This document shows positions 40,220 through 52,677 of a DNA stretch of 64,000 bases, one piece after another; within the stretch, counting starts at the first letter, position 1, and each line of letters begins with the position of its first letter. This DNA is from Eledone cirrhosa (lineage: Eukaryota): the NCBI GenBank assembly GCA_964016885.1, contig OZ024760.1:28706001-28770000 (forward strand). Direction: 5' to 3'. The notes under the pieces were generated by a model. That model saw only the letters and a list, made by a program, of their open reading frames with translations. It was not told the origin of the DNA and ran no database searches. A program made the position numbers and the translations under genes.

Positions 40220-40803
40220 GGTAACATGTATCCCAGTACAACCTGTCTCATGGTCGGGTCGTTGGCGACTAAACTGGCAACCCCACCAAGGTTTCTTGGT
40301 GAGGAGGGTGACTTTGGACATCCTGCAGGACTAAAAACAAAACCTGTCAAAGGGCAAAGGAGCTCTTAAGAGTCAATGGCCATCCAAAATCACCGGGAGG
40401 GATGACCCCTTAGCCTTTGTCAAGGCAGAATTCTAGGAGAAGGAAAACTCTGATATAACACCTGCAACCCTGATGGTATCCAATGATGTTGACGTGTTCT
40501 TCTTTTTGGTAAATATCATCTTGGTTAAGAGAGTGGGACTGGCTTTGTGCAGTGCCTTTGCTCACTATAAAAGCTTCACGGCACAGGCATTGCTTTGTAT
40601 CTGGAGATCTCTCTGCACTTGTTGTCACATGGTACCATGGGCCCAGCACTATGTGTCAATGATTGTCACAAGTGTAGTGTTTGTACCAGAGTTTTCAAGT
40701 CGCTGGCTGGACTAAAAAGTCACACTCGTTCAGCGCATCGGTAGGGGTTCTCCTACATGGATATAAAGTAGTGGCCGTACTCGCAAACGAGTTGGCAGCC
40801 ACC
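40220..40803 (+). mobile_element. Non-autonomous bipartite RTE-like element, copy 1
   Basis: Highly similar to 60465-61047; RTE 5'-UTR-like ctaggagaaggaaaactctg; ends with C2H2 remnant [23 protein letters not shown]-stop. Confidence 0.65.
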
Positions 40804-41415
40804 ATATATATATGTATATATATATGTATATATATATGTATATATATATGTATGTATATATATATGTATATATATGTATATATATATGTATATATATATG
40901 TATGTATATATATATGTATATATATGTATATATATATGTATATATATATATGTATATATATATGTATATATATATGTATATATATATGTATATATATGTA
41001 TATATATATGTATATATATATGTATATATATATGTATATATATATATGTATATATATATATGTATATATATATGTATATATATATGTATATATATATGTA
41101 TATATATATGTATATATATATGTATATATATATGTATATATATATGTATATATATATGTATATATATATGTATATATATATGTATATATATATGTATGTA
41201 TATATGTATGTATATATGTAAAATATATGTATATATATTTATTAAAATAACAGATTAAAGTTTAAGCAAAGAATCGCTGCTTTCACCCTTAACGGGATCT
41301 TCTGAAACTAACAAAGTCAATCTGTATAAGTCAGTAGAGTGCTCAACCGAATATATATATGTATATATATATATGTATATATATATGTATATATATATAT
41401 ATGTATATATATATG

Positions 41416-41454
<39 letters not shown>

Positions 41455-41480
41455 GTATATATATATATGTATATATATAT
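40804..41480. repeat. (TA)n/TATG microsatellites
   Basis: Directly visible, with a short unique spacer. Confidence 0.93.
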
Positions 41481-41646
41481 GGTTATACTTTGGGAGGGTC
41501 ATGTTGCCAATAAGAAACACACGCACCAGTTGCTTTCACTTCAATTTATTATATATTTATAAATTTATAAATTTACAAATCTACAAACTTATAAATTTCT
41601 GGTTGGTTGGTTGGTTCCACAACCAGATAGTTGTTTATATATATAT

Positions 41647-41691
41647 AGTCATAGTCCTTTCGTCACGCACTCTGTGACCTCTTCAGTGACT
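41647..41691 (-). ncRNA. Minimal type I hammerhead ribozyme
   Basis: AGUCA CUGAAGA g GUCAC agagugc GUGAC GAAA ggac UA UGACU; perfect stems I and II, one extra G before stem II. Confidence 0.7.
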
Positions 41692-41922
41692 GGGGTTTCC
41701 TTTCTTCGTTTCTGTGCCTTTTCTTTCTTCTATCCTACGCCATTTTGTTTCTGTGTGTGTGTTGTGTGCTCAGTTTGCGCATGTGCCACATCCGGGTGTC
41801 TGTGTGTGTTTGTGTTCATTTTTCTACTTGTTTATTTATTTATTGTTGGTTGGTTGTTTGTTCTATGTGTGTGTGTGTTTACATTTTGTCCTGTGTGTGT
41901 TTTCATTTTGTGTGTGTTTTCA

Positions 41923-41976
<54 letters not shown>

Positions 41977-42011
41977 GTATATATATATATATGTGTATAT
42001 ATATGTGTATA

Positions 42012-42065
<54 letters not shown>

Positions 42066-42074
<9 letters not shown>

Positions 42075-42990
42075 TAAAACATGTCTATAGAATCACAAGA
42101 TAAAATATATACTATTTCCTCTCTCAATTAGCATAATTAACTATATAATTAGCATAATTAACTATAATTATGCTAATTGGGAGAGGAAATAGTATATATT
42201 TTATCTTGTGATTTTATAGACATGTTTTATGATATATAGCTCTGATTGTTTAATTTATTAATTTTTCATTGAGCCACAAAGTGACCAGTTGCAAAACACG
42301 TATATGTATATATATATGTAAACTTTTATATGTAATAATCTCCCATTAGGTTGAGATACAAATTTGGCTGTATTGTGCTGTGCTTTCTAGCAAAAATGCC
42401 ACCAGTCTTAAGCAACTACCACACCCCTTCCAACCTGACCGCGACTACGTCACGATTTTTAGCCATTTTGAAATGAATTCTTGGCGCGATAGCTTTGGAA
42501 AATTTAGTGTGTAGATAAGGGCGAGCTTCCTGATGAATCCGGCGCTTGAGTTTATATAATTATTACATAATTATTGGAAAACTCAAAACACGGACGAAAC
42601 CATGGTAGAGGTATTTAAATGTATTCTATTTTCTCCTAGTTTATTTTAAACCTAATTCTGTTTAGTTGACTATATCTGGGCGATTACGCTGTCGAAATAT
42701 TCGATAAATATTCCGCTACGGCCGACGCGAAGCGCTAGTTTCGGTTATTTGTTGGAGATTCCTTCATAGAAGCCTCATTCTTATAGCCTGGTCTATTCGA
42801 TTTTTTATATAGTTAATTATGCTAATTGGGAGAGGAAATAGTATATATTTTATCTTGTGATTCTATAGACATGTTTTATGATATATAGCTCTGATTGTTT
42901 AATTTATTAATTTTTCATTGAGCCACAAAGTGACCAGTTGCAAAACACGTATATGTATATGTATATATATATATGTAAACTTTTATATAT
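42066..42990 (+). mobile_element. Penelope/retrozyme-like element: inverted partial repeat, ~165-bp direct repeats 649 bp apart, internal hammerhead
   Basis: aattatgctaattgggagagg.. at 42166 and 42815; 42066-42145 is the reverse complement of the repeat start. Confidence 0.65.
42525..42612 (+). ncRNA. Type I hammerhead ribozyme with extended stem II
   Basis: GCUUC CUGAUGA auccg..uugaguuu..aaacucaa..cggac GAAA ccaugg UA GAGGU; palindromic stem III, GUA site. Confidence 0.72.
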
Positions 42991-43076
42991 ATATATATAT
43001 ATCCATTTAGGTTGAAGGAATTTCATCAGTCCAGCATCCTGTCATTTTACTCAATAATATAGATATAGATATATAC

Positions 43077-43170
43077 ACAGGGTGGCCCCCAAAAATGTAT
43101 ACACACTGTGATTGCCTGTACAAGCAATATTTATTAGAATAATTATTAGAATGCTGTTGAAGTGTGTATA
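43077..43170. mobile_element. Tc1/mariner-type MITE
   Basis: cagggtgg..caaaaatgtatacac / gtgtataccttttttggaacaccct; related to 18139. Confidence 0.6.
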
Positions 43171-43186
43171 CCTTTTTTGGAACACC

Positions 43187-43234
<48 letters not shown>

Positions 43235-43378
43235 TCCTATACGAGCGAGACATGATCACCTGATCAATCTTGTCTCAAGTGGGACAATTCTCGACTAATC
43301 CATGCTAGCGTGGAAGATAGATGTTAAACAATGATGATATATATATATATAATTACATAATAAACAACACAATATAAT

Positions 43379-43452
43379 TATTCCATCACCAAAGGTTTCA
43401 GGAGACTAGACGATCCTTACAGAAATGTCCGGCCCATTCATCAGATAAAATA
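43379..43452 (-). ncRNA. Degenerate hammerhead motif
   Basis: uauuuuau CUGAUGA..GAAA ccuuugg UG auggaaua; G at the cleavage position predicts inactivity. Confidence 0.45.
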
Positions 43453-43592
43453 GTTATGTTTTGTATATAAGTTTTGAAATTGATATCTATTAAAAATGAA
43501 AGTGAGGCTGAGTTAAAATAACTTCTTATAACGGAATATATATATATATATATATATACATATATATATAATGTATATATATATATATATAT

Positions 43593-43660
43593 ATATTACT
43601 TCAAAATATTAATAAATATAGACATTAATGTCTATATTTATTAATATTTTGAAGTAATAT
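43593..43660. repeat. Perfect 68-bp palindrome
   Basis: atattacttcaaaatattaataaatatagacatt|aatgtctatatttattaatattttgaagtaatat. Confidence 0.93.
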
Positions 43661-43751
43661 TAATAACTCCAGAAAACCTCTTTGTTGAGTGCTTCAAATC
43701 TATTGTAAAACTTTATTCATTGATTAATCAATGAACTTTGTTAAACTTTTG

Positions 43752-43795
<44 letters not shown>

Positions 43796-44082
43796 TACAA
43801 ATATACATACATGCACACACATAACATTTTGTAAAGGGTAAATAGTCAGGCTTGGAGTTCCAGCTGTTTATCTCAGGGTCATCATCTTGTCTGATGACCC
43901 TGTGATAAACAAGATGAATATATATATATATATATAACTTTGTGTATATATATATATTCATCTTGTAATGGTTAAGCAGTGAGTCTTGTTACTCTGGAGT
44001 TTCGTCTGTTTATCTCAGGGTCACCGTCAGTATAGGTGTTCCTCAGTAGATTACTGATATTTATTTTAACAATCCTAATAAA

Positions 44083-44670
44083 ATACACCCAGTACACTGT
44101 ATAGTGGTAGTGTTGGTATCACAATAAAATACACCCAGTACACTCTGTAAAGTGGTAGTACTGGTATCACAATAAAATACACCCAGTACACTCTGTAAAG
44201 TGGTAGTACTGGTATCACAATAAAATACACCCAGTACACTCTGTAAAGTGGTAGTACTGGTATCACAATATAATACACCCAGTACACTCTGTAAAGTGGT
44301 AGTACTGGTATCACAATAAAATACACCCAGTACACTCTGTAAAGTGGTAGTGCTGGTATCACGATATAATACACCCAGTACACTCTGTAAAGTGGTAGTG
44401 CTGGTATCACAATATAATACACCCAGTACACTCTGTAAAGTGGTAGTACTGGTATCACAATAAAATACACCCAGTACACTCTGTAAAGTGGTAGTATTGG
44501 TATCACAATAAAATACACCCAGTACACTCTGTAATGTGGTAGTGCTGGTATAACGATATAATACACCCAATACACTCTGTAATGTGGTAGTGCTGGTATC
44601 ACAATATAATACACTCTGTAAAGTGTTAGTGCTGGTATCACAATAAAATACACCCAGTAGACTCTGTAAA
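44083..44670. repeat. 48-bp minisatellite, ~12 copies, related to the RTE 3' UTR unit
   Basis: Unit acacccagtacactctgtaaagtggtagtactggtatcacaataaaat. Confidence 0.93.
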
Positions 44671-45151
44671 GGAGAAGTGCTGTTCCCACCCCTTTGCCTC
44701 AAATTATTGGACATGTGCCTTCATTAGAAATCATCATCATCATCATCATTCCACCCTCCTTGCCCCCCCCCCCTCCCCCTCACCCTCCCCATCACTGTTA
44801 TTTATGGACTTGTGTAAGAAAAACCCGGGGAGTGGGGTCTGATAAATTTTACTCAGTCATAGGTGAAACTAGTTTTATACCTCTTGCTGCTGCTGCTGCT
44901 GCTGCTGCTGTTGTTGTTGTTGTTGTTGTTGTTGCTGTTGCTGTTGTTACTGCTGCTGCTGCTGTGGTGTAACTGATTAATATCTGATATATATATCCTG
45001 TTGTCTCTAGAAGTCACCACCTGTCTTTGCTACCCAACAGCAATGGCATCGTTAAATTATTTCTCTTGCTTCCATAATTTTATTTATCTTGATCTTTGAT
45101 TTATTAGGTTTCATGGTTTACTTAGGTTTTGTTTACTTCTGCCAGATTTCT

Positions 45152-45840
45152 TAGGTTTAGCTGGCCTCCTTCAAGGTTAAATATTGTGTGAGGTCTTACA
45201 GGTATTTGAAAGATAGGGGACCAGTGTTGTTACAGCTCACACCAATGTAGGTTTAGCTGGCCTCCTTCAAGGTTAAATATTGTGTGAGGTCTTACAGGTA
45301 TTTGAAAGATAAGGGACCAGTGTTGTTACAACTCACCCCAATGTAGGTTTAGCTGGCCTCCTTCAAGGTTAAATATTGTGTGAGGTCTTACAGGTATTTG
45401 AAAGATAAGGGACCAGTGTTGTTACAACTCACCCCAATGTAGGTTTAGCTGGCCTCCTTCAAGGTTAAATATTGTGTGAGGTCTTACAGGTATTTGAAAG
45501 ATAGGGGACCAGTGTTGTTACAGCTCACCCCAATGTAGGTTTAGCTCGCCTCCTTCAAGGTTAAATATTGTGTGAGGTCTTACAGATATTTGAAAGATAG
45601 GGGACCAGTGTTGTTACAGCTCACACCAATGTAGGTTTAGCTGGCCTCCTTCGAGGTTAAATATTGTGTGAGGTCTTACAGGTATTTGAAAGATAGGGGA
45701 CCAGTGTTGTTACAGCTCACACCAATGTAGGTTTAGCTGGCCTCCTTCAAGGTTAAATATTGTGTGAGGTCTTACAGGTATTTGAAAGATAGGGGACCAG
45801 TGTTGTTACAGCTCACACCAATGTAGGTTTAGCTGGCCTC
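45152..45840. repeat. 96-bp tandem repeat, ~7 copies
   Basis: Unit begins taggtttagctggcctccttcaagg. Confidence 0.95.
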
Positions 45841-46755
45841 TATTTTCCCATGTTTGTTCCTCAAGGTGAGCTTTATTTTTCATTTGTCTGTCTATCCATG
45901 GGGCATGTATATTATGAACTTTTTCTTCGGCCCAGATCTTTTTCAAGGATTCTTGCACTTCCTCCTTGGGTTGTATTGATTTAGCAGTTATTGTTGACTT
46001 GCCAATTTTTCAACAGAAGTCTCTTTGGTTGTTTTTGAACATATTATTGTCCTTTAGAATCTAGAGCGTTTTTCAAAGCGCCTTTTACAAGCAGCTTTGG
46101 CCGACACTTTTTGCTTGATTGTTTCTATCATCATGTCTATGTCGCTTGTTGATTTTATATTGTATTTTCTTTTCAATTTTCTGAGTTTAGTTTATTCAAC
46201 ATGTTCACCTACTTTCTAGTTTGCTAAAATTTCTCTGTCAGATCGGAGAAGGTTTATTTGCCAAGTAGATGTTTTGTGGGCATTCCTTTGTTTTTTAATT
46301 TTCACTCCACATAAGTGAGTGGTGACTTTAGCCGATGCATAATAGAGATGATTTAAATCAGTAATGTTTAGTTTATTTGTGGTGATACTGTCTTTGAGAG
46401 TTATGTTAGTCTTGTGTATTATCCTCTGGGTTTTGTTTGGAGTTCTGGATCTTAGGGAGAGTGTCTCGTTCCCTCATGTCAGATTCTTTCCTTTTCATCC
46501 ATTCAATCATAATTTCATTCTTCAAGTTGGCAAGTTCATTCACATTCATTTCTTTATCATTTATGATCTCATTGTTTTCATTTTGAGTTTCATCTTGAAC
46601 ATGCACACCTTCCACTCTTTTGATCCTTTCAATGATTTGTTCTGCTGTCAGTGATTCCACCCCCACCCTGGGGTCTAAGCTGATGCAGTTGTCAAGCACT
46701 TTTCTGAGTATTTTAGCAGTTCCAAGGACTGTTGTTTTCTGTAAGGGCCCCACCT
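45841..46755 (-). mobile_element. Degenerate R4/Dong-like non-LTR retrotransposon fragment
   Basis: LQKTTVLGTAKILRKVL (typical C-terminus) and pre-RT segments LNHLYYASAKV, ETIKQKVSAKAA.KRRFEKR, HAPWID; stops and frameshifts. Confidence 0.6.
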
Positions 46756-46934
46756 AAATATTGGCCAACATTGTTTTAAAAGCTAGCCTTCAATTGCCCT
46801 AACTACAACTGGGGGTCACCTCAACCCTTTTTATTGCCCACAAATGTTTTGTTTCTTTCATATCTCTCAGCCTTCTTCAATTCTCTGTAACAAACCTTAT
46901 TGTCAGTGGAACAGGCCACATCCAGATCAATATC

Positions 46935-47975
46935 ACCATCATTGTTATAGTAGCTAACATCACCACCACCACCACAATCACCACCACCACCATCACCACA
47001 ATCACCACCACCACCATCACCACCATCACCACCACCACTTCCTCCATCAACACCACCACCACCATCACCATCAACACCACCACCACCACAATCACCACCA
47101 CCTCCATCACCACCACCACCATCACCACCACCACCATCACAATCACCACCACCACCATCACCACCACCACCACCTCCTCCATCAACACCACCACCATCAA
47201 CCATCACCACCACCACCACCTCCTCCATCAACACCACCACCACCACCATCACCATCAACCATCACCACCATCACCACCACCGCCATCATCATCATAACCA
47301 CCACCACCACCACCACCACCACCACCACCACCTCCTCCATCAACAACACCACCACCTCCTCCATCAACACCACCACCACCACCATCACCATCAACCACCA
47401 CCACTATCAACCACCACCATCATCACCACCAGCACCACCACCATCATCACCATCACCACCACCACCTCCCCCATCAACACCACCACCACCATCAACACCA
47501 TCATCATCCCCACCACCACCACCATCGCCACCATCACCACCACCACCACCTCCTCCATCATCATCACCACCACCATCACCATCATCACTATTGTTGTTAT
47601 AGCAGCTAACATTATCACCACCACAATTGTCACCATCACCACCATCACCAACACCATCACCACTACCTACCACCACCACCACCACCACCATCAAAAACCT
47701 GTTGTTGTTGTTATTTTACACTCCCAGGTAAATTGTTAATCAGACCTTTCAGAAATTAGTCAATTCATTGATCTACACCCCCCTCCCCAAGCCTTTTATA
47801 CCTAATCTATTGTCATAGTGGTGGTGGTGGTGGTGGTAGTGGTAGTGGTAGTGGTGGTGCTGGTAGTGGTGTAGTGTGGTGGTTGTAGTAGTGGTGGTGA
47901 TGGTGATGGTGGTGGTGGTGGTGGTGGTGCTGAAGTGTGGTGGTGGTGGTGTAGTGTGGTGGTGGTGGAGGTGGT
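46935..47975. repeat. (CAC/CAT)n and (GTG)n triplet repeats
   Basis: Directly visible. Confidence 0.95.
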
Positions 47976-48130
47976 TATGACAGTGGAGAACTGGAGTGCT
48001 AGTTGTCAATATGAAATTTATCCAACCAACTGACCAATGACCAGTCAGACCAATGACCAATCAGATCATAATGTCCAGTATCATCTCCATTGTACCTCTG
48101 TCATAAATTGACCACATACCATTTCATATT

Positions 48131-48823
48131 GTTTTTTTTTATGTAGGCACAAATGTAAATTAGTGCTTGTGGCCCACCTGATGATGAGTCATATCTCATG
48201 TGGCCCACCTGATGATGAGTCATATCTCATGCGGCCCACCTGATGATGAGTCATATCTCATGTAGCCCACCTGATGATGAGTCATATCTCATGTGGCCCA
48301 CCTGATGATGAGTCATATCTCATGCGGCCCACCTGATGATGAGTCATATCTCATGTGGTCCGCCTGATGATGAGTCATATTTCATGTGGCCCACCTGATG
48401 ATGAGTCATATCTCATGTGGCCCACCTGATGATGAGTCATATCTCATGTGGCCCACCTGATGATGAGTCATATCTCATGTGGCCCACCTGATGATGAGTC
48501 ATATCTCATGCGGCCCACCTGATGATGAGTCATATCTCATGTGGCCCACCTGATGATGAACCATATCTCATGTGGCTCACCTGATGATGAGTCATATCTC
48601 ATGTGGCCCACCTGATGATGAACCATATCTCATGTGGCCCACCTGATGATGAACCATATCTCATGCGGCCCACTTGATGATGAACCATATCTCATGCGGC
48701 CCGCCTGATGATGAACCATATCTCATGCGGCCCGCCTGATGATGAGTCATATCTCATGTGGCCCACCTGATGATGAGCCATATCTCATGCGGCCCACGTC
48801 TCGAAAAAAGTTGCCCATGCCTG
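48131..48823 (-). mobile_element. hAT-type MITE end with a 31-bp subterminal unit amplified ~20 times (48169-48797)
   Basis: TIR gttgcccatgcctg; with the array collapsed it is the reverse complement of 48853-48952. Confidence 0.78.
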
Positions 48824-48852
48824 GACTAGATGGAAAGGAGAGTTAGCTAGTC

Positions 48853-51800
48853 CAGGCATGGGCAACCTTTTCCGAGAAGCGGCCCCATGAGATATTGCTC
48901 ATCATCAGGCGGGCTGCAAGCGCTAATTTACATTCGTGCCCACATTAAAAACAAGGGCAGTAACTCAGGTTGTTTTGATATGTTTCTTCAGAATTTGTAC
49001 ATGTTGTTTTCCTCGATCGTAAAAATGATAGAAAGATAAATTATGACTGAAAAGTTGGGATAAAAAAATTCAGAAAGATTTCACTTGGGTGACTTGGGTG
49101 AGCCATTGAGAAAGATTTCACTTGGGTGACTTAGGCGAGCCATTGAGAAAGATTTCACTTGGGTGACTTTGGTGAGCCATTGAGAAAGATTTCACTTGGG
49201 TGACTTGGGTGAGCCATTGAGAAAGATTTCACTTGGGTGACTTTGGCGAGCCATTGAGAGAGATTTCACTTGGGTGACTTAGGCGAGCCATTGGGAAAGA
49301 TTTCACTTGGGTGACTTAGGCGAGCCATTGAGAAAGATTTCACTTGGGTGACTTTGGTGAGCCATTGAGAAAGATTTCACTTGGGTGACTTGGGTGAGCC
49401 ATTGAGAAAGATTTCACTTGGGTGACTTTGGCGAGCCATTGAGAAAGATTTCACTTGGGTGACTTAGTAGAGCCATTGAGAAAGATTTCACTTGGGTGAC
49501 TTGGGTGAGCCATTGAGAAAGATTTCACTTGGGTGACTTAGGCGAGCCATTGAGAAAGATTTCACTTGGGTGACTTAGTAGAGCCATTGAGAAAGATTTC
49601 ACTTTGGTGACTTTGGTGAGCCATTGAGAAAGATTTCACTTGGGTGACTTGGGTGAGCCATTGAGAAAGATTTCACTTGGGTGACTTAGGCGAGCCATTG
49701 AGAAAGATTTCACTTGGGTGACTTGGGTGAGCCATTGAGAAAGATTTCACTTGGGTGACTTAGTAGAGCCATTGAGAAAGATTTCACTTGGGTGACTTAG
49801 TAGAGCCATTGAGAAAGATTTCACTTGGGTGACTTAGGCGAGCCATTGAGAAAGATTTCACTTGGGTGACTTAGTAGAGCCATTGAGAAAGATTTCACTT
49901 GGGTGACTTAGGAAAGCCATTGAGAAAGATTTTACTTGGGTGACTTAGTAGAGCCATTGAGAAAGATTTCACTTGGGTGACTTAGGCGAGCCATTGAGAA
50001 AGATTTCACTTGGGTGACTTAGTAGAGCCATTGAGAAAGATTTCACTTGGGTGACTTAGGAAAGCCATTGAGAAAGATTTCACTTGGGTGACTTAGTAGA
50101 GCCATTGAGAAAGATTTCACTTGGGTGACTTAGGCGAGCCATTGAGAAAGATTTCACTTGGGTGACTTAGTAGAGCCATTGAGAAAGATTTCACTTGGGT
50201 GACTTAGGAAAGCCATTGAGAAAGATTTCACTTGGATGACTTAGTAGAGCCATTGAGAAAGATTTCACTTGGGTGACTTAGGCGAGCCATTGAGAAAGAT
50301 TTCACTTGGGTGACTTAGTAGAGCCATTGAGAAAGATTTCACTTGGGTGACTTAGGAAAGCCATTGAGAAAGATTTCACTTGGGTGACTTAGGCGAGCCA
50401 TTGAGAAAGATTTCACTTGGGTGACTTAGGCGAGCCATTGAGAAAGATTTCACTTGGGTGACTTAGGCGAGCCATTGAGAAAGATTTCACTTGGGTGACT
50501 TAGTAGAGCCATTGAGAAAGATTTCACTTGGGTGACTTAGTAGAGCCATTGAGAAAGATTTCACTTGGGTGACTTAGGCGAGCCATTGAGAAAGATTTCA
50601 CTTGGGTGACTTAGGCGAGCCATTGAGAAAGATTTCACTTGGGTGACTTAGTAGAGCCATTGAGAAAGATTTCACTTGGGTGATTTAGTAGAGCCATTGA
50701 GAAAGATTTCACTTGGGTGACTTAGGCGAGCCATTGAGAAAGATTTCACTTGGGTGACTTAGGCAAGCCATTGAGAAAGATTTCACTTGGGTGACTTAGG
50801 CGAGCCATTGAGAAAGATTTCACTTGGGTGACTTAGTAGAGCCATTGAGAAAGATTTCACTTGGGTGACTTAGTAGAGCCATTGAGAAAGATTTCACTTG
50901 GGTGACTTAGGCGAGCCATTGAGAAAGATTTCACTTGGGTGACTTAGTAGAGCCATTGAGAAAGATTTCACTTGGGTGACTTGGGTGAGCCATTGAGAAA
51001 GATTTCACTTGGGTGACTTGGGTGAGCCATTGAGAAAGATTTCACTTGGGTGACTTAGTAGAGCCATTGAGAAAGATTTCACTTGGGTGACTTAGGAAAG
51101 CCATTGAGAAAGATTTCACTTGGGTGACTTAGGCGAGCCATTGAGAAAGATTTCACTTGGGTGACTTGGGTGAGCCATTGAGAAAGATTTCACTTGGGTG
51201 ACTTAGTAGAGCCATTGAGAAAGATTTCACTTGGGTGACTTAGGAAAGCCATTGAGAAAGATTTCACTTGGGTGACTTAGGCGAGCCATTGAGAAAGATT
51301 TCACTTGGGTGACTTAGGCGAGCCATTGAGAAAGATTTCACTTGGGTGACTTAGTAGAGCCATTGAGAAAGATTTCACTTGGGTGACTTAGGAAAGCCAT
51401 TGAGAAAGATTTCACTTGGGTGACTTAGGCGAGCCATTGAGAAAGATTTCACTTGGGTGACTTAGGCGAGCCATTGAGAAAGATTTCACTTGGGTGACTT
51501 AGTAGAGCCATTGAGAAAGATTTCACTTGGGTGACTTAGGCGAGCCATTGAGAAAGATTTCACTTGGGTGACTTAGTAGAGCCATTGAGAAAGATTTCAC
51601 TTGGGTGACTTAGGCGAGCCATTGAGAAAGATTTCACTTGGGTGACTTAGTAGAGCCATTGAGAAAGATTTCACTTGGGTGACTTGGGTGAGCCATTGAG
51701 AAAGATTTCACTTGGGTGACTTAGTAGAGCCATTGAGAAAGATTTCACTTGGGTGACTTAGGCGAGCCATTGAGAAAGATTTCACTTGGGTGACTTGGGC

Positions 51801-51918
51801 GAGCCATTGAGAAAGATTTCACTTGGGTGACTTAGGTGAGCCATTGAGAAAGATTTCACTTGGGTGACTTGGGTGAGCCATTGAGAAAGCTTCGCTGGCC
51901 ACAGGTTGCTCATGACTG
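48853..51918 (+). mobile_element. hAT (Charlie/Buster-like) MITE inflated by an internal satellite
   Basis: TIRs caggcatgggcaacc / ggttgctcatgactg; 8-bp flanks agctagtc / ttctagtc. Confidence 0.72.
49072..51888. repeat. 37-bp minisatellite, ~76 copies
   Basis: Unit agaaagatttcacttgggtgacttNGNNgagccattg. Confidence 0.98.
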
Positions 51919-52031
51919 TTCTAGTCTCTTGCACACATCATACATCAATTTTCTTCTACACTAACATAACTACAATCTCTCCTGTTCTTCCTTTCATTGT
52001 GTTCACATCGATAACTTCTCGGACCACAGCA

Positions 52032-52072
52032 TAGGTCCGATGAGCTGATCAATAGTGAAACACGTGTCACTA
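52032..52072 (+). ncRNA. Minimal hammerhead motif with a core substitution, followed by AATAAA
   Basis: uaggu CcGAUGA gcu gaucaau agu GAAA cacgug UC acua; palindromic stem III, GUC site. Confidence 0.55.
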
Positions 52073-52677
52073 CTCAATAAAGGTAATGAAGACATAACAA
52101 ATTGTCTTTTTATTATATTTACACTCTGCTTAATTCTACACTTCGTTACAGACGGGAAACTACAGATCGAGTGTTCACTCGGGTGAACCTACAGTAACTG
52201 CACATTACACTCCCTAGCTATATATGTGTGTGTGTGTGTGGGTGTGTGTCTGTGTGTGTTAAAAAAAGACTCACGTAAAATTTTTCTTTGTATAAACAGA
52301 AAACAAAAATAAAAATTTTTTTAAAATTCTATTATCTAAAATAATTTGAAATATTACTTTCAGTAAATGGTTATGATTCTGGAATTTTATGATTTTAAAA
52401 TTTTACAATTGGTTTAAAGATTAACTATGTTTTTTTTTTTTTGTTTTTTATGTGCCTGTCTGTTGGGGCTGAAATTATATTGAAAGATATTCTCTAAAGT
52501 TGTGACTTCATTTTAGTTTCCAGAATCTTCTTAATTAACTGCGAGAATTATACTGTGTAAACATTTTCTTTATTAGCATCGTCAATATGATAATTATAAT
52601 TTTGTATTGATTGACTGTTCTAAATTTGAAATTTGCCTTCATTAGCTTATGGTGATGAAGATGTTGTGTGTGTCAGG

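Noticed and set aside
41272-41308. Minus-strand cagaaga-tccc..gggt-gaaa motif
   Set aside because: Core and cleavage triplet both broken; at best a relic
46821-47694. Gly/Asp-rich or Val-rich protein; also the Thr-rich mucin-like ORF at 56834-57352
   Set aside because: Triplet microsatellites with no splice or domain support
48169-48797. CTGATGA in each 31-bp unit as hammerhead or C/D box
   Set aside because: No GAAA or stems; explained as MITE subterminal sequence
49072-51888. CRISPR-like appearance of the 37-bp array (also the 24/32-bp and 110-bp arrays)
   Set aside because: No unique spacers, no cas genes, eukaryotic context
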